A DNA stretch of 64,000 nt, taken from assembly GCA_965222375.1 (NCBI GenBank), contig CBDCTZ010000016.1, positions 2,080,001 to 2,144,000 on the forward strand. The letters run 5' to 3'. The notes below the pieces were generated by a model. It was given only the letters and a program-made list of their open reading frames with translations. It had not been told where the DNA came from and ran no database searches. The position numbers and the translations under genes are program-made. Below are positions 9,522-19,158 of this stretch, one piece after another (the stretch's first letter is position 1; each line of letters opens with the position of its first letter). The stretch is from Polyangiaceae bacterium. GTDB lineage: Bacteria; Myxococcota_A; Polyangia; Polyangiales; Polyangiaceae.

Positions 9522-10706
9522 ATGCGCATCGGTACACCGCTCAGTCCTTCGGCAACCAAAGTCATGTTTCTTGGAGCCGGTGAACTCGGCAAGGAGGTCG
9601 TGATCGAGTTGCAGCGCCTCGGCGTAGAGGTGGTCGCGGTAGATCGGTACCAAAACGCGCCGGGTCAGCAGGTCGCCCACCGCTCCCACGTCATCGACAT
9701 GACGGATGCGGAAAGCCTTCGGGCCCTCGTAGAACAAGAAAAGCCCGACTTGGTGGTCCCTGAGATCGAAGCCATCGCGACGGACGAGCTCTTGAAGATC
9801 GAAGCCGAAGGCGTGGCCAAGGTTATCCCCACCGCCAACGCTGCGCACATCACGATGAATCGTGAGCGCATCCGACGCCTGGCAGTCGAGTGCGGCTTGC
9901 CATCATCCGAACACGCCTTCTGTTCGTCCCTGGAGGAACTCGAAGCCGCCATCGACGGCGGTATCGGCGTGCCCTGCTTCGTCAAGCCGGTCATGTCGTC
10001 ATCCGGCAAGGGTCAGAGTCGGATCAAGCAGCGCGAAGGTGTCGCGGAAGCATGGGAGTACGCCATGGCCGCGGGGCGCGTGAAACAACCGCGCATCATC
10101 GTGGAAGCAGAAGTGAAGTTCGATTTCGAAATCACACTGCTCACGGTGCGTCATGCAGCGGGGACTTCGTTTTGCGAACCCATCGGTCATCGCCAGGTGG
10201 ATGGCGACTACGTGGAGTCCTGGCAGCCTCAGCCCATGAGCGCCTCCGCCCTCGAGAAAGCTCGGGGCATGGCCAAGAAAGTCACTGATCGGCTTGGAGG
10301 GTACGGCATCTTCGGCGTGGAGCTATTCGTTCGTGGGGATGAGGTCTGGTTCTCGGAGGTCAGTCCTCGGCCTCACGACACCGGTCTGGTGACGCTAGCG
10401 TCTCAGTTCCAGAGTGAGTTTGCTCTACATGCGCGGGCAATACTTGGCTTGCCCGTCGACACGACGTTGCATCACGCTGGGGCCAGCGCTGTCGTGTACG
10501 GTGGCGTTGATGCCGAGGGTATCGCTTTCGATGGCGTAGAGGCGGCACTCGCGGTCCCTGCTACGGAGCTCCGACTATTTGGCAAGCCCGAGTCCTTCAA
10601 GAAGCGCCGCATGGGCGTCGCCGTTTCCCGTGCGGAAGATCCCGATCAAGCGCTGGAGCGCGCTCGACGTGCCGCCGCATGCATCAAACCCAGCGCTGCT
10701 AGCTAG
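9522..10706 (+). CDS. purT: Formate-dependent phosphoribosylglycinamide formyltransferase
   Basis: [53 protein letters not shown]...RRMGVA. AGGAG RBS before ATG 9522. Confidence 0.97.
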   Translation: MRIGTPLSPSATKVMFLGAGELGKEVVIELQRLGVEVVAVDRYQNAPGQQVAHRSHVIDMTDAESLRALVEQEKPDLVVPEIEAIATDELLKIEAEGVAKVIPTANAAHITMNRERIRRLAVECGLPSSEHAFCSSLEELEAAIDGGIGVPCFVKPVMSSSGKGQSRIKQREGVAEAWEYAMAAGRVKQPRIIVEAEVKFDFEITLLTVRHAAGTSFCEPIGHRQVDGDYVESWQPQPMSASALEKARGMAKKVTDRLGGYGIFGVELFVRGDEVWFSEVSPRPHDTGLVTLASQFQSEFALHARAILGLPVDTTLHHAGASAVVYGGVDAEGIAFDGVEAALAVPATELRLFGKPESFKKRRMGVAVSRAEDPDQALERARRAAACIKPSAAS

Positions 10707-10721
10707 CCGGCTCGCGGCATT

Positions 10722-11165
10722 TCAGCCTTGGGGCCGCGCGGGCACCATGACGACCGGCACGGTGGCAGCTCGCAGCACGCCATCCGCTACGCTGCCCACG
10801 AGCAGGTCGTACAGCTTGCCGTGCCCATGGCTGCCGAGCACGATGAGCTCCGCGCCCAGTCGCTGGGCATGATCGAGGATCCGCTCCACGGCAACGCCCT
10901 GCACCATCAGTGGGCGAGCTCCCACGCCACGCTTGACGAGGTCTGCGACCTCTTCCTCCAATAGTCGATGCTCCCCTCGAAGGTGCTCGGCGACATTGTG
11001 CCGCACACTATCCGGACCCGCTTCGTAGCCGACGAAGTCTGGGGACGGGTCTGCGACGAACAGCACCACCAGTTCCAGCTTCGAGCTGGAGGCAAGGCGC
11101 GCAGCGCAGCTCAACACGTCGCTCGTTACTGGCGATAGATCAACCGCTGCAAGCACGATCCCCAC
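10722..11165 (-). CDS. Universal stress protein (UspA family)
   Basis: VLAAVDLS...LIVLGSHGHG...LLVGSVADGVLRAATVPVVMV. Confidence 0.93.
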   Translation of the reverse strand: MGIVLAAVDLSPVTSDVLSCAARLASSSKLELVVLFVADPSPDFVGYEAGPDSVRHNVAEHLRGEHRLLEEEVADLVKRGVGARPLMVQGVAVERILDHAQRLGAELIVLGSHGHGKLYDLLVGSVADGVLRAATVPVVMVPARPQG

Positions 11166-11247
11166 GCCGAGGAGCTAAGCATGCGAAGCCGAAGTGGGCG
11201 AGCGCACGATTTTCGCCCGCTGCGGACTGGGGGAGTGGTGGGCCGAC

Positions 11248-12477
11248 TCAGCGCGGCACAGGCGTGGTGCTAGAGCCCGTGGCCTCGTCCGCCGAGAACT
11301 GGAATTTGTCGATGAGAACTGTGGAATCCAAGATCTCGTCACCCATATCCCAGATCGCGAATCGCAGCGTGATCACACTGCCGGGCGTCACGGGCGAAAC
11401 CGTCTCCAGCCAGCCAGTTGCGGCATGACCTTCGAAGCCCGTGCCCTGAAGCTGGCCGGTGCCCAAGCTGCAGGGGAAGTTCTTTCCGCCCGCATTCTGG
11501 GGTGAGCATACCTCCAGGAATCCGTTGTTCACGCTGACTGGATTGCCCTGGGTATCGAAGGAGATGTTGCTATCCACAGCATTCGGAGGCGCCGGATTCT
11601 GCAGCGCGATGAAGAAGTCGTTGTAGATTTTGCAAACGAATACCGGGAACTCGAAAGTGTAGAAGTTGAACAGATACTTGAAGCTCTTGGCGTTGGTTGG
11701 AACGCGGATCTTGAGCTCCAGCCCAACCGGATTGTAAGTGGTCTTGTCGTTGGCGGTTTGAATGCTGCAGGCGCTGGAGTCTTTGGGGAAGCCAGCGGGT
11801 GCAAACCCGGTGATGCCCGTATCGTATCCGCCTGGACTCTGGTAGCCGGCGTCGGAAGGCTGACGCGCGGTGCCACTCGAGAGCACGAACAGGCGCATGC
11901 CCTCCTGCGGCTTCACGTTCGGGCCGAAGCCATCCAGCATGCCGTGGCTGATGTCGTTGATGCCGGGGGTGCCGTCGGCCTTGACGTATTTGGCTTCGAG
12001 CACTCCCCAGTTCACCTCCCCGGGGGTGGTGAAGTTGCAGATGCCCATGGCCCTGGCGGCATCCTGGGGGTTCGCGGTCGCGATATCCGTAATGAAGTTG
12101 TCACAGGAAGCGGGCGTGTCGTCGGGCGTGTTGTTGCAATCTTCGTCAACGCCGTTACCGGGCACATCGTAGGCGCCCGGGTTGGCATTCGCGTCGCAGT
12201 CGTTGCAGTCCCCGTTGGACATCGTGTAGCCGTCCGCGTCGGTGTCGTCGTTAGGGCCCGAAGTGCAGTTGACCGGGGCGTTGCCACCCCCACCACCGCC
12301 ACCGACGCCAATGATCGCGCCGCCGCCGCCCGAGCCCGAGCTTGCGCCGCCTCCAACGACACCGCCGGTAGCGCCACCGCCCTGCAGCGGGCTTCCGCCG
12401 CCGCCCGTAGACGAGCAAGCCGTGGCCAGCAGCCCGACTCCAAACCCAAGACAGATCAATCCAATCGCCCGATTCAT
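11248..12477 (-). CDS. Lipoprotein with a Ca/metal-binding repeat and a choice-of-anchor-L-like domain
   Basis: Lipobox ATAC, Gly linker, DTDADGY..DCNDCD..NPGA.D..GNGVDEDC, LSSGTA, YNDFF, ATGWL, IWDMGD...DS. ATGA overlap with the upstream gene. Confidence 0.8.
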   Translation of the reverse strand: MNRAIGLICLGFGVGLLATACSSTGGGGSPLQGGGATGGVVGGGASSGSGGGGAIIGVGGGGGGGNAPVNCTSGPNDDTDADGYTMSNGDCNDCDANANPGAYDVPGNGVDEDCNNTPDDTPASCDNFITDIATANPQDAARAMGICNFTTPGEVNWGVLEAKYVKADGTPGINDISHGMLDGFGPNVKPQEGMRLFVLSSGTARQPSDAGYQSPGGYDTGITGFAPAGFPKDSSACSIQTANDKTTYNPVGLELKIRVPTNAKSFKYLFNFYTFEFPVFVCKIYNDFFIALQNPAPPNAVDSNISFDTQGNPVSVNNGFLEVCSPQNAGGKNFPCSLGTGQLQGTGFEGHAATGWLETVSPVTPGSVITLRFAIWDMGDEILDSTVLIDKFQFSADEATGSSTTPVPR

Positions 12478-14126
12478 GGCGTGCCTCCAGACCTGAGATT
12501 CTGGACGACTACGCGCCTCCCGTCGAGGCATTTGCCGGGAACCACTGCATTCGGTTGGCTTCTGCGCCGACGCAGCCAAGCGATCGCGCCGGCTAGGCCG
12601 AGCCAGAGCAGGTTGGACCCTGGCGATTTGTTCACGGTCCGACAGCCGCAGCCGCTGTCAACGTCCGAATCGCCGCTCGCGGCGCCTCCGCTGCCCGTCG
12701 AAGCGCCCGTGCCAGTCGAGGCTCCAGTGCCCGTCGCGCCACCAGGTCCAACGCCCGCGGTTCCGCCGTTGGCACCCGTGCCTGGCGCCGCACCCGTGCC
12801 GGGCGAGCCGCCGCTCCCAGGTGTGCCTCCAGTGCCGGGCACGCCGCCGCCGCCAGGCGAATCCTTGAAGCCAGGCCCCACGGGCGGCTTGGGGTTGCCG
12901 CCCGTGTCGTACTTATATGCGCCGACGTCAGCGACTCCGCCGCGCTGCGTCCCGTTGTAGTCGTCCTTCTCCACGTAGGTCGGGTCGCCCGCGCCAATCA
13001 GCTTGCCGCCCGCCTTTGGGTACACGTTCATCTTGTTCGAGTAGTCGGCGTCGACGAAGTCGCTGGCGATGTTGCCGCTGCTGTCAAAGCCACCGCTCAC
13101 GCCCTCCAGGCCGCCCTTGCCCACGTTGCCCTTGACCGTGCCTTGGCCACCGCTCAGCCGGATAGCATAGCTGTTCTGGCTGTAAATTGCGTTGTTCGCG
13201 ATCACGATCTTGCCGGCGATGTGCTGGACGCGAATTCCGGTGCCGGTGTTGATGATCGTGTTGTGCACGATGGTCAGATCCTTGACCTGATTCTGTTGGT
13301 GATTGCGGCTGTGAATGGCGTCGCCTCCGGCGCCGAGAATGATGTTGTTGCGGATGATCGCATCGGCTTCGGCTTGCATGCCATTGTCCGAGCAATTCCA
13401 CATCGCGTTGCGCTCGATCAGGTTCACGGCCTTCCCCGCGGAGCCATACACGATCAAGCAAGGGTACTTGGTGTCGTGAATGACGTTGTCGCGAATGATG
13501 TTGTTGTAGCTGCCTTGCTTGAGCTCGATGCCGTCCCCCTGGTTGCTTGAACCCATGGGCATGTCGTGGATGTAGTTGCCCTCCACCAAACTGTCGAACA
13601 TCTGGCATTTATTGTCGTTGCAACCCAGGTACATGCCTTCGCCGGTGCCATTGGTGTGGTGGATGTGATTCCGGCGAATGGTGAGGCCCTCGTACGTGCT
13701 GCCACCGACGTTCGCGGAGAGCCCGACATCTCCCGTGTCGTGGATGTGGCAGTCCTCGACGGTAACGAAGTCCGAGTCGTTGATGCGAATGCCGTGGGAG
13801 CCCTTGGATATCTCTAGTCCGCTCAAGACGATGTACTCGGTCTTGTCTACGTTGAGCACGTTTTGATTGGCGTTCTGAACGATGTGCGCGGTCTCGCCGG
13901 CCTTGGAGCGGATCGTGATCGGCATTGCCGCGGTGCCTTTGGCGGTGACGCCGACCCGCGAGTTGAGCGCATAGGTGCCGCCTTTCAGCACCAGTTCATC
14001 CCCGGCTTTCAGCTTGCCTATCTCGGCTTTCAGGTCCGCGCTGGGCCCTATCTCGATGGTGGCGGCCATGGCTGGCGCGCTCAGAGACATCAGCGATAGT
14101 ACACTCGCAATGATCGGTCGCTTCAT
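12474..14126 (-). CDS. Right-handed parallel beta-helix protein with MYXO-CTERM sorting signal
   Basis: Signal peptide, repeated IxxNxIHD strands, Gly/Thr linker, then SGCGC + hydrophobic helix + RRRR. Confidence 0.85.
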   Translation of the reverse strand: MKRPIIASVLSLMSLSAPAMAATIEIGPSADLKAEIGKLKAGDELVLKGGTYALNSRVGVTAKGTAAMPITIRSKAGETAHIVQNANQNVLNVDKTEYIVLSGLEISKGSHGIRINDSDFVTVEDCHIHDTGDVGLSANVGGSTYEGLTIRRNHIHHTNGTGEGMYLGCNDNKCQMFDSLVEGNYIHDMPMGSSNQGDGIELKQGSYNNIIRDNVIHDTKYPCLIVYGSAGKAVNLIERNAMWNCSDNGMQAEADAIIRNNIILGAGGDAIHSRNHQQNQVKDLTIVHNTIINTGTGIRVQHIAGKIVIANNAIYSQNSYAIRLSGGQGTVKGNVGKGGLEGVSGGFDSSGNIASDFVDADYSNKMNVYPKAGGKLIGAGDPTYVEKDDYNGTQRGGVADVGAYKYDTGGNPKPPVGPGFKDSPGGGGVPGTGGTPGSGGSPGTGAAPGTGANGGTAGVGPGGATGTGASTGTGASTGSGGAASGDSDVDSGCGCRTVNKSPGSNLLWLGLAGAIAWLRRRRSQPNAVVPGKCLDGRRVVVQNLRSGGTP

Positions 14127-14270
14127 GATCCGTCCTCCAGGCCAACCTAGAGGATAGCAGTCTGGCGCGCTTTGGGTCCGGATTTGACGGGTAAGTGGAG
14201 GCCACGGCGCCGCGTCGCGTCAGCGCAACTGCTTTCCGGTTGGAAAGTGCGCGCTGGGCAGCTCCCGCTG

Positions 14271-14552
14271 CTAGTTCATGTCGATCGCGTGCCGCTTCAA
14301 ATCCGCAAGTTGCACTATCTCCAGAGCCCGCTCGTGGGTCGCAGTCAGTACGACGAGAGGAGCCTTTTCGGCTTCGAAGGCTTCTTGCCAGCGCGCTGCG
14401 CACAGACACCAGCGGTCCCCAGCCTTCAGACCCGGGAAGCCAAACTGTGGCATCGGCGTGCTGAGATCATTGCCCCGCGCTTTTGAGAAACGCAGGAAGT
14501 CTGCCGTCATGACGGCGCAAACCGTGTGGGAACCCACGTCCTCGTCACTGGT
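14271..14552 (-). pseudogene. DUF2237 family protein, 5'-truncated
   Basis: TSDEDVGSHTVCAVMT..FL.FSK.RGNDLSTP...FPGLK.GDRWCLCA.RW. The usual N-terminal NVLG...GFxRDGxC segment is missing, and similarity begins right at the SDR stop codon. Confidence 0.75.
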
Positions 14553-14556
14553 GAAT

Positions 14557-15462
14557 TCAAGTCGCGTTGTGAGCGCTGAGCGCTGGCGTCGGGGTCTTGG
14601 GAGGAAGCGCCCGGGCGTGCTGCAGCCCCAACATGCGGCGTTTGGCGAAGTCGATCAGCGCTTCCGGGATCAGCTTGTAGAGAAAGACGAAGAGGCGGCC
14701 CGTCAGCGGCATGATGTAGCGGCTGCGAGCTCTGCGAGCGAAGATGGCGTGCTCGATGGCGCGAGCCACACACTCCGGGCTCACGGATTGTGCGTCGGTC
14801 TGCTTCTTCATTTCTTGAGCGCGCTCGTAGACCGCAGCGAAAGGGGAGCTCGCGTCGCTGTATCGGTCGACGTGGCTCATGGTCGTTTCCGCGAACTCCG
14901 TCTTGATCGGCCCGGGTTCGATCACCGAGACTTGAATGCCGAAGCCCGCAAGCTCCAGGCGCAAAGCATCGGAAATCGCCTCCACGGCATGCTTGGAGGC
15001 GGTGTAGGCTCCGAACATCGGGAACGCGATCAGACCGCCAATGCTGCTGACGTTGATGACGCGACCCGAGCCACGCTTCATCATCGCCGGCACGAATGCA
15101 CGAGTGACGGCCATCAAGCCGAACACATTGGTCTCGAATTGGTGCCGCATGTCGGCGTCGGTCGTCTCGATCATCGGCGCGGCCATTCCGTAGCCGGCGT
15201 TGTTGATCAGAACGTCGATGCCGCGCCCTCCGGTGAGCTCGTCGACCTGCTCCGCCACTTCTCGGATCGACTCAGCGTTCGTAACGTCGAGACGGAGCCC
15301 GTGCAGGTCGTGATCTCCTGCCTCTTGTGCGAGGGACACCAGGCGCTCCTCCCGTCGACCCGTCGCGATGACCTTGAGCCCGCGCTCGGCCAGTCTCAAC
15401 GCCACGAGCCGACCAATGCCCGCGGTTGCCCCTGTGACCAGAACTGTGCGTTGTGTCGTCAT
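14557..15462 (-). CDS. Short-chain dehydrogenase/reductase
   Basis: TGATAGIG, NNAG, YTASK catalytic motif, IEPGPIKT. GAGG RBS before ATG 15462. Confidence 0.95.
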   Translation of the reverse strand: MTTQRTVLVTGATAGIGRLVALRLAERGLKVIATGRREERLVSLAQEAGDHDLHGLRLDVTNAESIREVAEQVDELTGGRGIDVLINNAGYGMAAPMIETTDADMRHQFETNVFGLMAVTRAFVPAMMKRGSGRVINVSSIGGLIAFPMFGAYTASKHAVEAISDALRLELAGFGIQVSVIEPGPIKTEFAETTMSHVDRYSDASSPFAAVYERAQEMKKQTDAQSVSPECVARAIEHAIFARRARSRYIMPLTGRLFVFLYKLIPEALIDFAKRRMLGLQHARALPPKTPTPALSAHNAT

Positions 15463-15476
15463 TGTTGACCTCGATT

Positions 15477-15625
15477 GAATGAACATTCATTCTGTTTATG
15501 GTTGAGCAGGTTGATTGAGGGCCGGGTTTGTCCCGAAACGGCCGTCCTGATGCCCCGCTGCCTCTAGACCGATACCTGGGTTCTGAAAACGGAGTGAATG
15601 TTCATTCTGTTCGTCGGTCTGTCAA
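15477..15625 (-). promoter_or_regulatory. Sigma70-like promoter with two palindromic operator-like sites upstream of the SDR
   Basis: GAATGAACATTCATTC (15477-15492) and GAGTGAATGTTCATTC (15592-15607). Minus-strand TTGACA (15625-15620), 17 nt, then AACATT overlapping the second site. Confidence 0.65.
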
Positions 15626-15839
15626 GGGGACGTCTGCGTTTCTGAGAAAAACTCTTGATTTCAGGTGTTTAGCCTCCGCCCGTTGGGTATCGCGACGTCG
15701 GGGTGCTCATCGGTCGGCCGCAGCAACCCGATCTGACGGGGACCGGTGGCGCTTGGTGGCAGAGCAGTGCCCCAATCTCGATGTGTATTGGCGCAAAGGG
15801 CCGGAGTTGGCTGCCGCCCCTGGTACGTTGGTTCGAGGA

Positions 15840-16337
15840 ATGGGAGCGGTGCCAGAAGACGAAACCAAGATCCCGTCGCGCAACTCCTGGATCGGCCCGA
15901 CCATCGTCGCCGTGGTCTTGATCCTGGGTGGCATGCTGTTCTTCTACCTGCGGTCCGCTTCGAAGAGCGAAGTGAGCGGCTCGCTAGCCGTCGACGGTGC
16001 GTCTTTCAAACCGCTGCGCTGCCGCTCTGGCAAGCTTGGCGAGGACGCTCCAAAGGACCGACCCGAGTTCCACGGGATCGACCTGCTCAGAGCCAGCGAC
16101 CGCGGGCCCAGTGTTCGGGTTTTGGAAGATCCCACTGCTGGCATGCGGGTGCTGCTCATGAAACCCGGTGCAGAGCACCGCTTGGTGGAACGCGCGGCCT
16201 GCAAGCGCTTCGAAGTCAAACTACGCAAGACCGGCAGCCTGATCATGGATGTTTGGGGCATGGAGGGCTCCGTCGATCTAGACTGCCCAGACGTGAAGGG
16301 GAAGGTCACCTTCACGAGTTGTTATGGCGGGCGTTGA
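15840..16337 (+). CDS. Hypothetical single-pass membrane protein
   Basis: N-terminal TM helix (IGPTIVAVVLILGGMLFFYL) and a beta-rich domain with four Cys. Confidence 0.65.
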   Translation: MGAVPEDETKIPSRNSWIGPTIVAVVLILGGMLFFYLRSASKSEVSGSLAVDGASFKPLRCRSGKLGEDAPKDRPEFHGIDLLRASDRGPSVRVLEDPTAGMRVLLMKPGAEHRLVERAACKRFEVKLRKTGSLIMDVWGMEGSVDLDCPDVKGKVTFTSCYGGR

Positions 16338-16581
16338 GCGCGCCGCGGAGGCGGTGAGCGGAAGTAGCCTCGCGGACCCGGCCTCGCGGATGTATTCTTT
16401 CGCCATGCTCCTGAATCGCTTCCGTGGCAGGAGTAGGGCTGACGCTCCTCTTGGCAGGCTGCACTTCGAAACAACGTGAACCCAATACCGGGTCCGTTCT
16501 TCATGATCGGCGACAGTGTTGACAAGCCTGACGCCGCATTCGATGACCTCAAACTCTGCGACGAAGTGGTTGCGCATTGAG

Positions 16582-16750
16582 TCACTCTGGACACATGAAC
16601 TTCACTGCCTGGGGCACCACTGTGAAGCGAGCCGGCCTGGTGCCGACCAGGTCGCCATCAACTTCAACCGGCGATGGGGGGTCGCTGCCGACTTCGATGC
16701 TGCGGGTCCGAAAGTACGATACCTCAGGCTCGCGCACCTGAGCCTCAGTG
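16582..16750 (-). pseudogene. C-terminal fragment of a diacylglycerol/lipid kinase (YegS/DAGK) family gene
   Basis: VSYFRTRSIEV.SDPPSPVEVDGDLVGTRPARFTVVPQAVKF. No catalytic N-terminal domain upstream. Confidence 0.7.
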
Positions 16751-17116
16751 GGATCTTGGGAAACAGCTGCGTGAGTATAATCAACGCTCCGCCGCATCCG
16801 CTCGCGGGTCGGGTCGTGGTAAAGATCCAGAGGCGGGGGGGGCCTCGATGCAGATAGACAAGGGGACGTTCTTCATTCTCGTCGGCACGATCGCAGCATC
16901 CGGTGCCGGCGGGTGGTTTGCTCGGGACAAGCTGCCTGCACGGCTGCGAAGCTCGATGACTTTGCACGCGCGGGTGACGAGCGACGAATTGGGACCCGCC
17001 GCCCGCACCACCCGCCGCTGACCGCATTCACCCAGATGCGGCGGCCGCTCGCGCGGCAGGGGAAGTAAGGGACCCACGGCAGTGTGCTGCGACGGTCGCC
17101 GGTGCGGGCTCGACCT

Positions 17117-18361
17117 CTACTTCGACATCGGCGCGTCCGTCGGGGGCCTCGACGGGACGATCGGGTATTCGAGGAAATAGACGCGGCGTCTGTCGGACGG
17201 CAGCACCTTTACGGTGACTCGTGCCGCAGGCGCACTGCGCTCACGCAAGGCTCCCTCCAGCACCTTCGCGCGAGCCCTGGCCATCTTCTCCTTGTCCGCT
17301 TGCTCTCGGTAATCAAAGTGCACACGGACCTCAGCGCGCCGCGTGGTTTGCTCTTTCAAGTACGACACCACTTCGTCCAAAACCTTGCCCGCCTGAGGTG
17401 ACAGCTTCGTGCTGAGCCGCGGAAACGTGAGCGTAAGAGCCTCCCAACGATCATCGATCTTCCGCGAGATCGGCTGGCCACAGTCGCGTGCGTTTACTTC
17501 CCAGGTGCCCTGGCGACACCGCCAATTCTGACACAGGTTGAGGCGCGGAAGCGTTGTGCCATCACCAAACCAGACGCCGCCCAGAAAGCAGCTCCTTCGC
17601 GAGTCCGTCTGGCAGTACGCACGGCCCTTCGCGCAACCACAAACGGCTGCGCCCATGGGAAACGCCTCGCTGGCGTCACTCCTGCCCTCGCATTGCACCT
17701 GCGTCTCGAGCTCCGCTGTGGGATCGCAAAGGTGCGGCTCGTGCAGCGCAAGGTAAACTCTGGTGTCGGTGGCTTGCACTGCCAACCTGCCTCGTATCAC
17801 CACTTCGCCCAGCTCGAACCCGCAGCACCCGCGAGATTCGTCCCCGCGACATCGGAACGCGTTCGGGAGTCCAGCCGCCACCAGCCGTATCGCCGGGCGC
17901 TGCGCCTCCGGGGGATTGGCCCAAGCGTAAAGGACGAGCGGCCCCTTTGATCTATTGCAGCACTCCCACCCGCAACCCAACGTCGTCACAGCACCCCCCG
18001 ATCCTAGGTGTCCACGTACGAGCACCTGTTTGCCGTCTAGCGTGGTTGCCCGGGCGTGCAGTTCTTCAACACGCAGAGCATTGAGCTTCGTGTTGCACGG
18101 CGGCAACCGGACACCTTTGTGCGCACACCCCCTGTCCACCAAGCAGCTGCCAGGGACGTGTGGATTCGCGCCTTCTTCGAAAGTGGAATCAGCAGCGCTG
18201 GCCCAGCTACGTGTGTCGATGGCGTCCGGCGATGCATCTGGTGTTTGGGGAGAGGCCGATTCCGGAGCGCCGCTCGGAGCAGCCAGTGGGGATGGGGTGC
18301 AGTTGATGCACGTCCAACACACTGCGAACTGCGCGGCAGCGACCCAAAGCCAGCGGCTCAT
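17117..18361 (-). CDS. Cys-rich exported protein with a C-terminal OmpA-like domain
   Basis: Signal/lipobox-like N-terminus and many Cys. C-terminal LTFP..STKLS....VLDEVV.YL...EVRVH.D...ARARAK. Confidence 0.6.
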   Translation of the reverse strand: MSRWLWVAAAQFAVCWTCINCTPSPLAAPSGAPESASPQTPDASPDAIDTRSWASAADSTFEEGANPHVPGSCLVDRGCAHKGVRLPPCNTKLNALRVEELHARATTLDGKQVLVRGHLGSGGAVTTLGCGWECCNRSKGPLVLYAWANPPEAQRPAIRLVAAGLPNAFRCRGDESRGCCGFELGEVVIRGRLAVQATDTRVYLALHEPHLCDPTAELETQVQCEGRSDASEAFPMGAAVCGCAKGRAYCQTDSRRSCFLGGVWFGDGTTLPRLNLCQNWRCRQGTWEVNARDCGQPISRKIDDRWEALTLTFPRLSTKLSPQAGKVLDEVVSYLKEQTTRRAEVRVHFDYREQADKEKMARARAKVLEGALRERSAPAARVTVKVLPSDRRRVYFLEYPIVPSRPPTDAPMSK

Positions 18362-18380
18362 GATTGAGCCTACCCCCGCC

Positions 18381-18680
18381 TCACGGCGCGCAACAACGTA
18401 TCCCGCAAATATCGTTCGCGGCGCTGCGGTCATTCGCGTTGCCGTTGGCGCAGAGCAAGTCCGCGCTGCCATTGAACCAAAACGAACCACCGCGCAGACG
18501 GCACTGATCTTTGCCGCCCGAATTGGCCTGACAACTGTCTTCCCACTCCCACACGTTGCCGCTCATGTCGAAGAGGCCCACTTCGCCGCCTTCGCACTTC
18601 GTCAGCGACTTCACGGGCATTGCCGCGCCAGCGCCATAGTCCACGCCGTTGCAGGCTTTGCCGTCGTAGATGTCGCCGTA
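18381..18680 (-). pseudogene. Duplicated 3' fragment of the FGE-sulfatase gene at 26741-27757
   Basis: Near-identical to 26741-27040 (YGDIYDGKACNG...FDMSGNVWEW...GIRCCAP). Similarity stops abruptly at 18680. Confidence 0.85.
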
Positions 18681-19158
18681 GGTTTTGTTGCCCCCACCCG
18701 TCCGGCGGCGGCAGTCAGAGGTCGTCGTTGCGGACGCGCGTCGATCGCGATGCCGCCGGCGGTCGACCTCCCCCAAAGCCGGGCTGCGCGAGACCGAAGG
18801 GAATTCCCCAGGGACCCGCTGCGCGAACTGTGTCCCGATGAACACATTGCGCCAGGTCCCTTCGGTCTCGCTCGCGCGGCAGGGGGAGGTGTGGGGCTCA
18901 CCTGGGCGTGCTGACCTTGCGCGGTGGGGCTTGATCCGTCTCCCACTACTTTGACTTGGGGGGGCCACCGGGCTGTCCGACAAGACAATCGGGTGCTCGA
19001 GGAACTGACGCTCAGACGGCAAGCTCGGGCTCAGCTTCAAGAAACCGCGGACCGGCGCACGTACCCTCGTTCTCGAGTCCCACGACCTGATCCCGCGCCT
19101 ACCCATGCCAGCTGTGCCTACGCGCCGAGTGGGTTGGTGTCGAAACGTTGGGATTCCG

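Noticed and set aside
18381..19106. 241-aa ORF as an intact FGE-sulfatase gene
   Set aside because: Only the last ~100 codons are FGE-like. The upstream part is unrelated, non-protein-like sequence.
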